From Octopus vulgaris (taxonomy: Eukaryota), in NCBI GenBank assembly GCA_951406725.2, contig OX597839.1:8618001-8682000 (forward strand): a DNA stretch of 64,000 bases. The letters run 5' to 3'. The notes below the pieces were generated by a model. That model was given only the letters and a program-made list of their open reading frames with translations. It did not search any database and was not told the origin of the DNA. Shown here in pieces: positions 40,030 to 53,298 of this stretch (its first letter is position 1; each line of letters begins with the position of its first letter). Both the position numbers and the translations under genes were made by a program.

Positions 40030-40322
40030 TCGCGTGATCGTTACCAACATCGCCTTACTGGCACCTGTGCTGGTGGTATGTGTAAAAAGATTCGAGCGTG
40101 GTCGTTGCCAGTACCACCTGACAGGCCCGCCCCCGTGCCGGTGGCGTGTAAAAAGCACCCACTACACTCTCGGAGTGGTTGGCGTTAGGAAGGGCATTCA
40201 GCTGTAGAAACTCTGCCAAACCAAGATTGGAGCCTGGTGCAGCCATCTGGTTCGCCAGCTCTCAGTCAAAATCGTCCAACCCATGCTAGCATGGAAAGCG
40301 GAGGTTAAACGATGATGATGAT
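40030..40322 (+). mobile_element. 3' portion of SINE family D with RTE-type tail
   Basis: Duplicated GTGC(C/T)GGTGG..TGTAAAAAG block, GGTTGGCGTTAGGAAGGGCAT.CAGCTGTA motif, end GTTAAACGATGATGATGAT. Confidence 0.7.
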
Positions 40323-40439
40323 CAATTATTAAGGGCCTATTTTAAGTCAGAATGGGGGCAGAGTCTACGCGGCACTCAGCCGATTATACAAAATTATCTC
40401 GAATCACACATAACCATATTAAATAAAGAATTGCATATT

Positions 40440-40510
<71 letters not shown>

Positions 40511-40867
40511 ATATAAGCGAAGCTCGCTTCCCAACTACATGGTTCCGAGTTCAGTCCCACTGCATGACACATTTGGCAAGTATTTTCAACTGTAGCCTCG
40601 GGCCGACTAAAGCTTTGTAAGTGGATTTGGTAGAAAGAAACTGAAAGAAGCCCGTCGTACAGACTGAAAGAAACCCGATGCTAATGTGTTTATGTCCTAG
40701 TAATTTAGCGGTTCGGCAGAAAAAGAACAATAGAATGAGTACTAGGCTTCTAAAGAAGAAGTCCTGGAATCGACTTCTACGGATAACAACAGGTAATCGA
40801 AACTGTGCCGGTGCTTTACTCATCATCTATTTATAAATTTTGTAAAATTTATCCATTATATATATGA

Positions 40868-41060
40868 CAGACGCCATGATAGATCATTAGCCACTACACA
40901 CATTTTTTTCTCTCCTTGTTTTTTCTGTGTCCCTTTCTGGAGAAGAGCGTAGGCTCGAAACGTAAAAGACTTTTGCTATTCCTGAGCGTTATACTAATAC
41001 ATGTTTGTTTTGTACACCACCTGCCTTCGTCTTTTGTTGTTTTTTTTCGTAAACTCTTCC
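40868..41060 (+). mobile_element. Penelope-type terminal repeat with hammerhead variant (40933-40968)
   Basis: CTTT-CTGGAGA-A-GAGC-GTAG-GCTC-GAAACGT-A-AAAG; homologue at 52820-52990; TA-rich flanks. Confidence 0.7.
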
Positions 41061-41398
41061 TATATATATATATATTATTTACATTTTTTTTTACTTATTT
41101 CAGTAATTTGACTGCGCCATGCTGTAGCACTGCCATTAGTCAAACAAATCAACCTCAGGACTTATTCTTTTTAAGCCTATTATTCTATCGGTCTCTTCTA
41201 CCGACCCGCTAAATTAGGGGGAAGTAAAGACACCACCATCGGTTGTTATGAGATGGTGGGAGGTCACAGTGACACAAATACATTTATGTATACGACGAGC
41301 TTCTTTCAGTTTCCAAATCCAAACAGAAGGCTTTGGACTGAACCGGAAACATGTTGTTGGGAAGTAAACTTCCAACCACAGTCACTCCTATACATACA

Positions 41399-41436
<38 letters not shown>

Positions 41437-41437
<1 letters not shown>

Positions 41438-41766
41438 TCTTTTACACGTTTCCGTCATTTGACTGCGGCAATGCCGGAGCACCGCCTTTAGTTGGGCAAA
41501 TCGACCCCAGGACTTATTATTCTATCGGTCTCTTCGGCCGAACCGCTAAGTTACAGGGACGTAAACACACCAGCGTCGGTTGTCAAACACACACACACAT
41601 ATACGACGGGCTTCTTTCAGTTTCCGTCCACCAAATCCACTCACAAGGCTTTGGTCAGCCCGAGGCTATAGTAGAAGACACTTGCCCAAGGTGCCACGCA
41701 GTTGGACTGAACCCGGAACCATGTGGTTGATAAGCAAGCTACTTACCATACAGTCACTCCTGCGCC

Positions 41767-41767
<1 letters not shown>
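41437..41767 (-). mobile_element. SINE family A
   Basis: Consensus match with small deletions; further degraded A copies at about 40515-40775 (+) and 41085-41390 (-). Confidence 0.88.
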
Positions 41768-41807
<40 letters not shown>

Positions 41808-41893
41808 AATCCAAACGGGAAACAAAAAAACAACAACAAGGGAACAATTACAGTATTATTATTAATAGGCGCTCAGGAAATGGAAGCAGGAAG

Positions 41894-41928
41894 GTATGAC
41901 GTTTCGAGCGGAGCTCTTCGTCGGAAAC
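41894..41928 (-). ncRNA. Minimal hammerhead-ribozyme-like motif (CCGACGA core variant) in a Penelope-type terminus
   Basis: GTTT-CCGACGA-A-GAGC-TCC-GCTC-GAAACGT-C-ATAC. Confidence 0.55.
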
Positions 41929-42089
41929 ATAAAGAAGGAAGAGAGAGGAAAGAAAGATCCCGGAGCGGGCAACGGAGATAGAGAAAAAAACGGCTGGTGT
42001 TAGCAGAAGCACATGGTGAAAGGCGGATGTTTACGATAACAAGAGCAAAGTGGGTTTTTAAAGGCAAAAGAGTGGAGACAAGGTTGGTA

Positions 42090-44790
42090 ACGCAACAGAT
42101 GTGTGTGTATGTGTGAGTGTGTGCGTGTGCGTGTGTGTATGTGTGCGTGTGAGGCGAGGTAAAAAAACAAAAAATATATGTATGTGTTAGTGTGTGCGTC
42201 TGTGTGTAGGCGTGTGAGGTAGGGCGAGACGGTGGTCAGCATAGCAGCAGCATAGCAGACAAAGGTCAGTAGTGAGAAAAGGGAGGAAGGAGGAAGGGAG
42301 GGAGGGGAAGGGGTGGGGGCGTATGTAGCGTGCCAGCGTGTGTTGAGTGGTAGTGTGTGTGTGTGTCCAGTGTCGTGGTAGTATTAGTGGCGAGTAGATT
42401 GAATGTGTGTAAGAGTGAGGTATATGTTTAAGCAATGTGTGTATATGTGTGCGCGTGTGTGTAACGAAAAAAAAGGGGGGTTTAGGAAAAGGACTCCAGC
42501 GGAGGGGAAGATGGAGGAGTGGTCCCGCGGAGACGGGCGTGGGAAAACCCAACGACACGCGACATCCCAGGAACGGGCGGGAGGTCTCGTCGGATCCAAG
42601 GGCGAGGTGCATGCGGGCGCATGCGTGCGCGAACCGGCGCAAACGCGTGTGTGCGCGAGCCTGCGAGTGTGCGCGTACGTATGTGTGCGTGTGGATGTGT
42701 GAGTGTGTCTGTGTGTATGTCTGGGTGGCAGTGTGTCCGATGAATGTATGTGAGTATGTGTGTATATATGTGTGTGCATAGATGTATGTCCGTGTGTGTG
42801 TGTGTGTATGTGTGTATGAGTGTGTATGTATGTACGTGTGGGTGTGGGGAAGTGTGTGTATGTGCATGTGTGTGCGCGAACATACAGGTGTGTGAGTGAG
42901 TGCGTGTGTGTGTATGTATGTGTGAGTGTGTATGTATGTGTGTGTAGGATGCATGTATGTGTATGGGTGTATGTATGCGTGTGTGTATGTATGTATGTGT
43001 ACGTGCGTGTGTGTGTGTGTATGCGTGTAGGTGTGCGCGTGTGCATGCGTGCATGTATGTGCGTATGTGTGTGTGTGTGCATGTGTGTGGGTATATATGT
43101 GTGTGCGTATATGTGTGTGTATGTGCGTACATGTGTGTGTGTGTGCATGTGTGTGTGTAGGTGTGTAGGCGTGTGTGTATAGGTGTATGTATGTAAGTAT
43201 GTATGGGTGTGTCCGTGTATGTGTGTATGTATGTGTGTGTATGTAGCTGTGTGGGCGTGTGTATATGTGTGTGTATGTAGGTGTGTAGGCGTGTGTATAT
43301 AGGTGTATGTATGTATGTCTGGGTGTGTCCGTGCATGTTTGTGTGTGTGTGTGTGTGCATGTGTATGTAGGTGTGTGTGTACGTGTGTAATGTATGTGTG
43401 TATGCGTGTGTATGCGTGCGTGTGTGTATGTAGGTGCGTGTGTATGTGTGTGGGAGTGTAGGTGTGTGTGTGCGTGTGCGTGTTTATGTTGGTGTGTGCG
43501 TATGTGAGTGTGAGTGTATGAGTGTTTGTCATGCATGTGTGTGCGCGTGCAGGTGAGTGTGTGTGTAAGTATGTGTGTGTGTATGTTTGTGTGAGTGTGT
43601 ATGTGTGTATGTCTGTGTGTATGTATGTGCGTATAGGAGTATGTAGGTATGTGTGTGTGTATGTATATGGGTGTATGTATGTGTGTGTGTGTGCATGTGT
43701 ATAAGTATATGCGTGTGTGCGTATGTGTGTGTATGTGTATGTGTGTGTGTTTATGTATGTGTGTATGTATGTGTGTAGGCGTGAGTGTGTAGATGTATCT
43801 ATATATGGGTGTGTGTCAGTGTGTGTTTGTGTGTGTGTAGGTAGATGTGTGTGTCTGAGTGAGGGTATGGCTGTGTAGGTGTGTGTGTGTATGAATGTAA
43901 GTGTGTGCGTATACAAGTGTAATGTATGTATGTGGGTGTGTGTGTGTGTGTATGTGTACGTGTGCGTGTGTATGTGTGTGTGTGTATGCGTGTGAGTGTG
44001 GGTGTATGGGTGTATGTCTGTGTGTGTGTATGTCTGAAGTGGGTATGTGTGTGTATGTATGTATGTGTGTGTGTGTGCGGGTATGTGTGTGTGTGTATGT
44101 GTGTGTGTGAGTAGGTGTGCGTGTATGTATGTGGGTAGGGATGCATGCGAGTGTGTGGGTATGTATGCAAACATACGCAAGCGCACATCCGAAGCAAGCC
44201 CACACACACGAAGCGCGCTTACGCACACAACGCACAAGCAGTGCAACGCAAGCCCAAAGGGGCCGACCGAGCCCCCAGCGCGCGCCAAGGCGCGCGAGCG
44301 CAAAGGCCCTCGAACGCCCCGCTACGCGGGAACCGAGGATCCATCAGCCAAAACCGGAAAGCAGAAAAGAGGGGGGGCTGCCTGGATGCAAAAAGGTGTA
44401 TGTGTGTGTGCATTCAGTGTACGGGTGTGCATGTGTGGGTATGTATGTATGTATGTGCCTACATGTATGTGTGCATGTGTGTGTGTGTGAGGTATGTACG
44501 TGCGGTGTGTGTGTGTGAGTGTGTGTGTATGTATGTGCGTATGTATGTGTGTGTGTATGTGTGTATGTATGTCTGTGTGTGTGTGTGTGTGTAAGTATGT
44601 ATGCGTGTGTGTATGTATGTGTGTGTATGTGCATGTGTGTCTGTAAGTGTGTGTGATTAAATGTGTGAATGTATGTACGTAGATGGGTCTACGTATGTGT
44701 GTGTGTGAACAGGCGTGTGGGAGGTAGGTAGGTGGGTGGGAGGTAGGTGGGTGGGAGGTAGGTGGGTGGGTGTGTGTGGGTGGTGTGTCC
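42090..44790. other. Compositionally anomalous degenerate (GT)/(GTAT) tract with GC-rich islands; suspected low-quality sequence
   Basis: Abrupt shift to G-rich alternating purine-pyrimidine sequence; CpG-rich, T-poor islands at about 42470-42680 and 44170-44400. Confidence 0.6.
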
Positions 44791-44809
44791 GGAATATATA
44801 TATATATAT

Positions 44810-44842
<33 letters not shown>

Positions 44843-44843
44843 T

Positions 44844-44876
<33 letters not shown>

Positions 44877-44894
44877 TATGTATGTATGTATGTG

Positions 44895-44928
<34 letters not shown>

Positions 44929-45667
44929 TGTATGTATGTATGCATGAACTTTAAGCTAAAATATGTTTATCACACACCCACATACATATTTTGCATGCTT
45001 CAATCATTGCACTGCGGCCCGCTGAGCACCGCTTGAAAGAACTTTAGATGAATATATCGATCCCAGTACTAATTCTATACATACATTGATATATGTATGT
45101 ATGTATGTATGTGTGTATGTATATGTATGTATGTATGTATTATATATATACATACTATATTGTATATTATATTGATTTCATATATGCCAAAAACGATGAG
45201 CAGGTAGTGGATGGGGAGGTCGTCAATGGGACGCCTTTGAACAGAGCCCTGATCGATTAACAACAAGAAGCTCTTAGTACTGCACTTTAATGTTTCGGCC
45301 ATTCCACTGCTCCAATTCTTGTTTCAAAAAGTAAACAAGACTTTAAATTAATTTTATTAATGCTTATTATTATTATTATTATTATTATTATTGTTATTAT
45401 TATTATATATCAGGATTCTTCTGCTTGGAAGCCAGTTGCTGCTACTGCTGTTGTTGTTGTTGTTCTTGTTGATGTTGTTTAGATTCAAGTCAGCTTTGAC
45501 CGAGCAGACTGAGTCAATAACTGGAGCAGACTTATTGATTCTGATTTTAGGCCTGAATCGAAGTCATTCTAACTGTGATCATCGCATCTTTCTCCAGTGT
45601 GGTGCAAGGATCACAGGACCGTATTATTCCATGTGTTATTTTCAGAGGTGATAAAATATGCTTTTGT

Positions 45668-45900
45668 AGGCGTAGGAGTGGCTGCGTGGTAAGTAAATTG
45701 CTTACCAACCACATGGATCCGGGTTCAGTCCCACTGCGTGGCACCTTGGGCAAGTGTCTTCTACTATAGCCTCGGGCCGACCAAGGCCTTGAGAGTGGAT
45801 TTGGTACACGGAAACTGAATGAAGCCGGTCATATATATGTATATATATACGTGTATATGTGTGTGTGTATACGTTTTTGTGTGCTTATATTTGGTCAACC
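45668..45900 (+). mobile_element. SINE family A 5' half
   Basis: Head and CORE consensus match. Confidence 0.88.
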
Positions 45901-46024
45901 AAAACCAGATGTACATGTGTGTGTGTGTGTCTGTGTGTGTGTGTGTGTGTGACCTTTGTGTACGAGTAGGTTTGCACATATACAAGTATGTATGCATGGA
46001 CGTATCTATGAAAGTATGCATATA

Positions 46025-46441
46025 TTCTTTTACGTGTTTCAGTCATTTGACTGCGGCCATGCTGGAGCACCGCCTTTAGTCGAGCAAATCGACCCCAGGA
46101 CTTACTCTTTGTAAGCCTAGTACTTATTCTATTGGTCTCTTTTTGCCGAACCGCTAAGTTACGGGGAACGTACACACACCAGCATCGGATGTCAAGCGAT
46201 GTTGATGGGGGGGGGGGGGCAAACACAGACACACAAGCACGCACACACACACACATATATATATATATACATATATACGACGGGCTTCTTTCAGTTTCCG
46301 TCTACCTAATTCACTTACAAGTCTTTGGTCGGCCTGAGGCTATAGTAGAAGACACCTGCCCAAGGTGCCACGCAATGGGACCGAAACCGGAACCATGTGG
46401 TTGGTAAGCAAGCTACTTACCACACAGCCACTCCTGCGCCT
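46025..46441 (-). mobile_element. SINE family A, full length
   Basis: Consensus match. Confidence 0.92.
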
Positions 46442-46445
46442 ATTA

Positions 46446-46780
46446 TGTTACTGGAACAGAAGAAAGCGCACTCAAGATGGGTACAGAGTATACATATTTA
46501 TTTGATCAAACAGAAACAACTAGTTACACTGGACTTCATGAGACAAAATCTCTTCGTTGTGATATTTTAGCCGTTACGTTTGAGTATAATCATTGGATAA
46601 TTTCAAACGGAATGCGGCATGAAATGCAGACGATAAGTTTCAGAACTACCGGCTGATATATATGCAGGTTTTGCGTCTGGTGAAAAGGATTTCTAATAAT
46701 TTCTGGGTTTTGGAAGACACAAAGACTTATTTGCATACCAACTCCGACAATGAGCGCTCTTTCTTCTGTTTATTATCACA
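46446..46780. mobile_element. Possible solo LTR or MITE
   Basis: TG...CA ends with subterminal inverted repeat AACAGAAGAAAGCGCACTCA / TGAGCGCTCTTTCTTCTGTT (two mismatches); no clear TSD. Confidence 0.45.
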
Positions 46781-46839
46781 AACCGCGCATGTGTTTGTAT
46801 TTGTACAGTCTTTTATGAGTCTATATATATAAAATATAA

Positions 46840-47070
46840 GGCGGCGAGCTGGTAGAAACGTTAGCACGCCGGGCGAAATTCGTAGCCGTATTTCGTCTGT
46901 CGTTACGTTCCGAGTTCAAATTCCGCGGAGGTCGACTTTGCCTTTCATCCTTTCGGGGTCGATAAATTAAGTACCAGTTACGCACTGGGGTCGATGTAAT
47001 CGACTTAATCCGTTTGTCTGTCTTTGTTTGTCCCCTCTGTGTGTAGCCCCTAGTGGGCAGTAAAGAAATA
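46840..47070 (+). mobile_element. SINE family B (B1), full length
   Basis: Consensus match; TSD about TATA(T/G)ATATAAAATATA. Confidence 0.93.
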
Positions 47071-47087
47071 TATAGATATAAAATATA

Positions 47088-47360
47088 TTGCCTTTGAAAC
47101 CTGGAGAAGTTGAAACAGAGACAACTGAAGAAGGGGAAAATTCTTTATGGTGTATGTCTCGTTTCTCAGTTTTTTTTTCGTTGTTCGAAAAAAAGTTCGT
47201 TTCTGTGCCTTTGTTTTTATGATTTCGTTTCACATTGTGTTCAAGGTTTTTTTTGATGTCCTATACCCCCCATATGTGCATGTATATATACATATATATG
47301 TAGGTATGTACATATATGTATGTATATATGCATATATTTATATATTATTTATATTATTAT
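47088..47360 (+). mobile_element. Repeat family F, copy 2
   Basis: Homologous to the 39205 and 53075 copies. Confidence 0.75.
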
Positions 47361-48624
47361 TATATGATCGAACGCCACGCATCCTTTTCCATATAAAATA
47401 TATATGTATATAAAATAAATAAATATATATATATATATGTATATATATGTATATATATGACTACAGGTGTTTCCCATTGCGTATGTCAAAAAGACCGAAG
47501 TCACGTGATATGGGAATTCCAGCACCCATGACTGACGAATTTCGTCTGCTACGATTTGTGTGTATACTTTTCTGCACCAAATTCCTAAATGTGAGGATAT
47601 CTCACAGCTCATAACACAGTATTTGGTGTTCTAACGAGTTATCCATGTTCAGCTGGATATAATGAGTACCGTTTGGTATTAATACTCCTTCCGTTGATAG
47701 TAATAAATATGACTACTCCTGACTATCCCTGGCACATAGGCCGAGTCTTGTGACGCTGTGTCACATGATTCTATCTCAGTACAAAGTTAAAGTATAATTG
47801 CTATTTATAATGGTGTTATAAGGGTAGCGTTGCGGAGGCGAGGAAACTGCGTTGGTAGTGAGATCTTGCTGCTGATGATGATAACGAAGATGGCAGTGTG
47901 ATAGTCATGGCGAGGGCGAGGAAGTGAGGGAGTTCGTGATGTGATTACAATAGTAGTTGAAATGGTTGCTGGTGGTACATGTGGTGGTGACGATTGTGAC
48001 GGTGATGCGGAGGGGGCGCAGTGGTGCTGGTATGGTGGTTCTAACTGATGGTGGTGACGACGGTGGCGCTAGTGGTAGTAAAGTAGCAGTAGTGGTCACA
48101 GTGTATGACGGTTATAAATGATGATATCAAGGAGATGATGGTGATGGCAATGATGGCCGCGTATTGGTTCTCTTGCTGACGATGGCGGAGGTGATTACAG
48201 CTAGTTGTGGTGGTGCCTGTGCCATTTGAATGATGATGGCAGTAACGGCAAGGATGATGATGATGATGACGACGACGGTTTTGACGGTGGTGGTGGTGGT
48301 GGGTGCGGTCTGATGTTGAAGACGTTGGTGTTACGGTGATAGTGATGGTGATGGTTATGGCTGTTGTGTCATAGAGATAGTGACGGTATAGGTGGTAGTG
48401 GTGGTGGCATTGGTGGTTGTTATTAATTAAAAAGAACAACACACCAGATTCGAACTGCTGTACAGGAAAGACTTCGTTGACCTCAGGTCACAGAAACTGT
48501 TCACATCAAACATATTGGATGAAAAGATGAGAAAAGAAAACAAGAGTAAAAAGAAACAAAAAAAACTGTAAAGAACATAAAATGAAAACAAACACATGAA
48601 GATAACAACCAATAAAACATCAGC

Positions 48625-48668
<44 letters not shown>

Positions 48669-48768
48669 CTTTTTTATTCATTTATTGATTAATATTTAAT
48701 TTCTACAACAACAATAATAAGGATACTATTGATATTGATGATTATTATTATTAATATCATCAATATTC

Positions 48769-48804
<36 letters not shown>

Positions 48805-48887
48805 GAAGAAGAATTATAAATATAATAGCATCAATATTAACATCAAAAATAAAAATATTAATAATTGCATTAATAATAATAATGATG

Positions 48888-48918
<31 letters not shown>

Positions 48919-48937
48919 CGGAGATCCAAATAATAAC

Positions 48938-48987
<50 letters not shown>

Positions 48988-49150
48988 AACTAGGTGGGGA
49001 TAAAGAACAAAAAAGAAAGGGTGACGGGTGGATGGCGCGAAAAATCAACAAAAATGAAAGCTGATTGACTTTAATACCGCAAAAGTAATTACAATTAGTA
49101 ATTAAACATTCCAATGAAAAAAGGGATGTTAACGCAAGCACGAGAATAAC

Positions 49151-49201
<51 letters not shown>

Positions 49202-49231
49202 GAGAGAAAGAGAGAGAGACACACAGAGAAA

Positions 49232-49264
<33 letters not shown>

Positions 49265-49295
49265 GAAGAGGGAGGGAGAGATTTGTTTGTACGAA

Positions 49296-49339
<44 letters not shown>

Positions 49340-49479
49340 TATATATACAAATATATATATGTATACATATATATGCATATGTATGCACATACAGTATATA
49401 TATGTATATATATGATATATATGTATATACATGTACATATATATGCATATGTATATATTTACATATATGCATATATATG

Positions 49480-49510
<31 letters not shown>

Positions 49511-49629
49511 GCATATATATGCATATATATATACATATATATATATATATACACACACAGAAAAAAAGCATGGTAGAAGTGAAAGCAGAGTAAGAAGAGC
49601 AATCAATGCAACAACTATAGCAGCGTTCA

Positions 49630-49634
49630 GGGAC

Positions 49635-49684
<50 letters not shown>

Positions 49685-49995
49685 CAGCAACATCCATACC
49701 AACAACAAACACAACTACAGTTGCCTGAACAACAACAACAACAACAAAAGAACCAAAACCAGTAATCACAACAACAACAACAACAACAACAACCATAACC
49801 ACATCATCAACATGAAGCATAACGATAACCTCGTCGACGACAGCAACATGATCAGAAATACATTGAGCACACAACGCCACAATAATAACAACAACAACGA
49901 CAACAACAACCTTATCGATAAATATTACGACATCATCAATAACAAGAACATAACACAACGATAATATGATTGTGAACATCAAGAATACAGAAACG

Positions 49996-50027
<32 letters not shown>

Positions 50028-50113
50028 ATAGACCAACATCATCAACAATAATATCGATATCAACATCATCGATAGCTACTACTACTACTACTACCACCAC
50101 CACCAGCACCACC

Positions 50114-50145
<32 letters not shown>

Positions 50146-50582
50146 CAGCACCACCACTACTACTACTACTACTACCACTACCACTACTACTACCACCACC
50201 ACCAGCACCACCACTACTACTACTACTACTACCACTACCACTACTACTACCACCACCACCAGCACCACTACTACTACTACTACTACGTTAACAACACCAA
50301 CAATGTCATCATCATCAACATCAATATCGTCATCATCATCATCATCATCATCATCACCAAGATCATCGACGTCATCAACAATATCTACATCATCATCAGC
50401 ATCATCGTCATCGTCATCATCATCATCATCATTAACAACGTCAACTGCAACATCGTCACCATCAAATATCAACGACAAGGAGCAAACGTAATCAACAACA
50501 ACAACAACAACAACAACAGCACCAACTACAACAACCAACCAATTACTACTACTACTACAACCAACAACAACAACAGCTACTG

Positions 50583-50614
<32 letters not shown>

Positions 50615-50620
50615 GCAATA
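49630..50620. repeat. Mosaic of degenerate trinucleotide repeats (AAT, AAC, GCT, ACT/ACC, CAT)
   Basis: Read directly; similar cryptic triplet tracts at 47850-48420, 48620-48990, 53400-53900 and 62500-62940. Confidence 0.9.
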
Positions 50621-51350
50621 ACATTGGCTTTGCAATCAACAACAACAATCCGCCGCATTGATCCCAACTCAAAGGAACATCTGAATGAAGACTTTGGTTT
50701 ATTCTAATTAGCATTAATTATCATCAAAGACATTATCTTCTCTTTCCCCCTCACCTCCCCCTTTCACTCTCCTCCTATCTCCCTTCCGACATCTTTCTCT
50801 CCACCTCTCCTTTCTCTTACACACCTCTCCTTCTTTCTCCCTCTATTTTTACCCTTTCCTCTTTTTCCACTTCTACCCTTGATTCCTTTCCAACTATGCC
50901 TTTCTGTTTCTTTCTACCCTTGCTCTGTCTCGCTGCCTTTCACCCTCGCCACCCATACACACATACACACGCACACACACACACACACACGTATCCCCAA
51001 CATTCACTCATGCGTACGCATACATAAATACATACATACATACATAAATAAATACATACATACATGTGTAGAGGGGTTAAGTGTAATGATATGTATATAT
51101 AATGATAGAAATAAGTTAACCAGACCCGTTATCTCTATGGACAAAAACCGAAGTTAGTGCCGCCATCATAACATTGTGGGTGGGAAACAAACGAACCGGT
51201 TAATAATACTAAGAGAAGCCATGGAAATTTTCAAAACTATTTTGAAAGCCCTCAATTGGTTGGAATTGTAAGGAGAACCAGACCGCGTGTGTACCGTTGG
51301 CGATTTTTTTTTCCTCCGTCTTCCCTTCTTTGGATCTTTCCTTTTCCTAT

Positions 51351-51385
51351 GTTTCTGACGAAGAGCTCCGCTCGAAACGTTAAAC
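51351..51385 (+). ncRNA. Minimal hammerhead ribozyme motif (Penelope-associated type) within a terminus at about 51279-51460
   Basis: GTTT-CTGACGA-A-GAGC-TCC-GCTC-GAA-ACGT-T-AAAC: intact CUGANGA and GAAA cores, perfect stems I and II, palindromic stem III. Confidence 0.7.
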
Positions 51386-51784
51386 CCTCCTTCTTCACTA
51401 TGCGTCCAATAACACTATACTTGTTCCACGTCAAGTACGTTTTGTTCTTTTTAAAGGATTTCAGAATTTCTTTAAGTTAGTTTTGATTTGTACCCCATAA
51501 GGGATAATTTCCTTATGTTTATTATTATTATTATTTATATTACTATTATAATAATTCTTATAATTTGTGTTCATTGTCAATGTATTCTTCGGCGATATAT
51601 AATAATTATGCTTAATTCCATTCGAATTATTTTTGGTATTACCCCTACTATGATCATTTTTATTATTATTTTTGCTCATGCGTATATAATAATCTTCTTT
51701 ATTTATATCCTTATATTGTTTACTATCATTTTTTGTTATTACTTCTACAGTTGGTTTCAGAGTTAAGATGATTTGTAACAATAT

Positions 51785-52134
<350 letters not shown>

Positions 52135-52778
52135 GATTCTCCCATCATTAGTTGACGTATGAGGATCCTGCAGTTTCTTGCTGAACAATCAAACAGTCGA
52201 TTTGATCAAATGTTTGTGTTCATATAAGCTCCCTCCCTCCAACCAATTGACATTACCGATACAGTCGCATGTCAGATGATGAAACTATCGCAGAGCAATG
52301 AAGTGTTCTCCTCAGGAACACAGCACAGAGCCCGATCTGACAATGGAAACCACGATCTCGCAATCGTAGGTGCAATACCTTAACCCATTAAGCTATGCAC
52401 CTTCATACACAACACACACACACACTCTCTCTCTCTTTCTACTCTCTCTCTTTCGGTCATTCACTCATATACATGAACATAAAGCATAAATAACAAAGTA
52501 GAAATACCCAGTATTCTTCAAACGGAAACGATGTCTCCTGCGATTTTTCTTCTACATCAAGTCACAAACATTTCCTATAGCCGCTTTTAGAAATGTACTG
52601 AATCACTGATTTGATCCAAAGCAAGTCTGTAAACAGCGGTGCTTTTTTTTTTTCACCAGTGGCTCGATATATTTCATAAACTAAACATATCAACGGTCTG
52701 ATAAATGACAATATTGAAGGGGGGAGGCCGGGGGAGGGGAGATGTGCAGGATGAACAGCAATTGCTTGTCTCATCATA

Positions 52779-52819
<41 letters not shown>

Positions 52820-52820
<1 letters not shown>

Positions 52821-52990
52821 CCGTTTTTCTTTATTGTCTCGGTTTATTTTTTCCTCTTGATCGTTTCTGTCGAAGAGCGTAGACTCGAAACGTGGAAGAC
52901 GTTTCAATTTTTCTCGAGCGTTAAACTGAAACACCAGTTTCTTGTTCTTACACCTGTTTTCGTCTTTTGTTTTCTGTAAGTATGAACTAT
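52820..52990 (+). mobile_element. Penelope-type terminal repeat with degenerate hammerhead (52863-52898)
   Basis: GTTT-CTGTCGA-A-GAGC-GTAG-ACTC-GAAACGT; homologue of 40868-41060. Confidence 0.65.
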
Positions 52991-53028
52991 ATATATCGGA
53001 TGTTGTGTATCATATTCTCTCATCCGAT

Positions 53029-53074
<46 letters not shown>

Positions 53075-53077
<3 letters not shown>

Positions 53078-53298
53078 ATTTAAATAATATAAATGATATA
53101 TAAATATATGCATATATACATACATATATCGCCATACCAACATATATATGCATATATGGGTACAGGACATAAAAAAAAACGTTGAACATAATGAGAAACG
53201 AAAACAAAAAACATAGAAACGAGACATACAACGTAAAGAATATTCCCATTCTTCAGTTGTCCCTGTTTCAACTTCTCCACGTTACGAAGGCAAGGATT
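53075..53298 (-). mobile_element. Repeat family F, copy 3
   Basis: Homologous to the 39205 and 47088 copies. Confidence 0.75.

Noticed and set aside
48445-48496. Possible 52-nt minus-strand exon (FCDLRSTKSFLYSSSNL), with other minus-strand acceptor-like sites near 24670, 37865, 50680 and 62426
   Set aside because: Only generic splice-like signals; no homology or consistent gene model.
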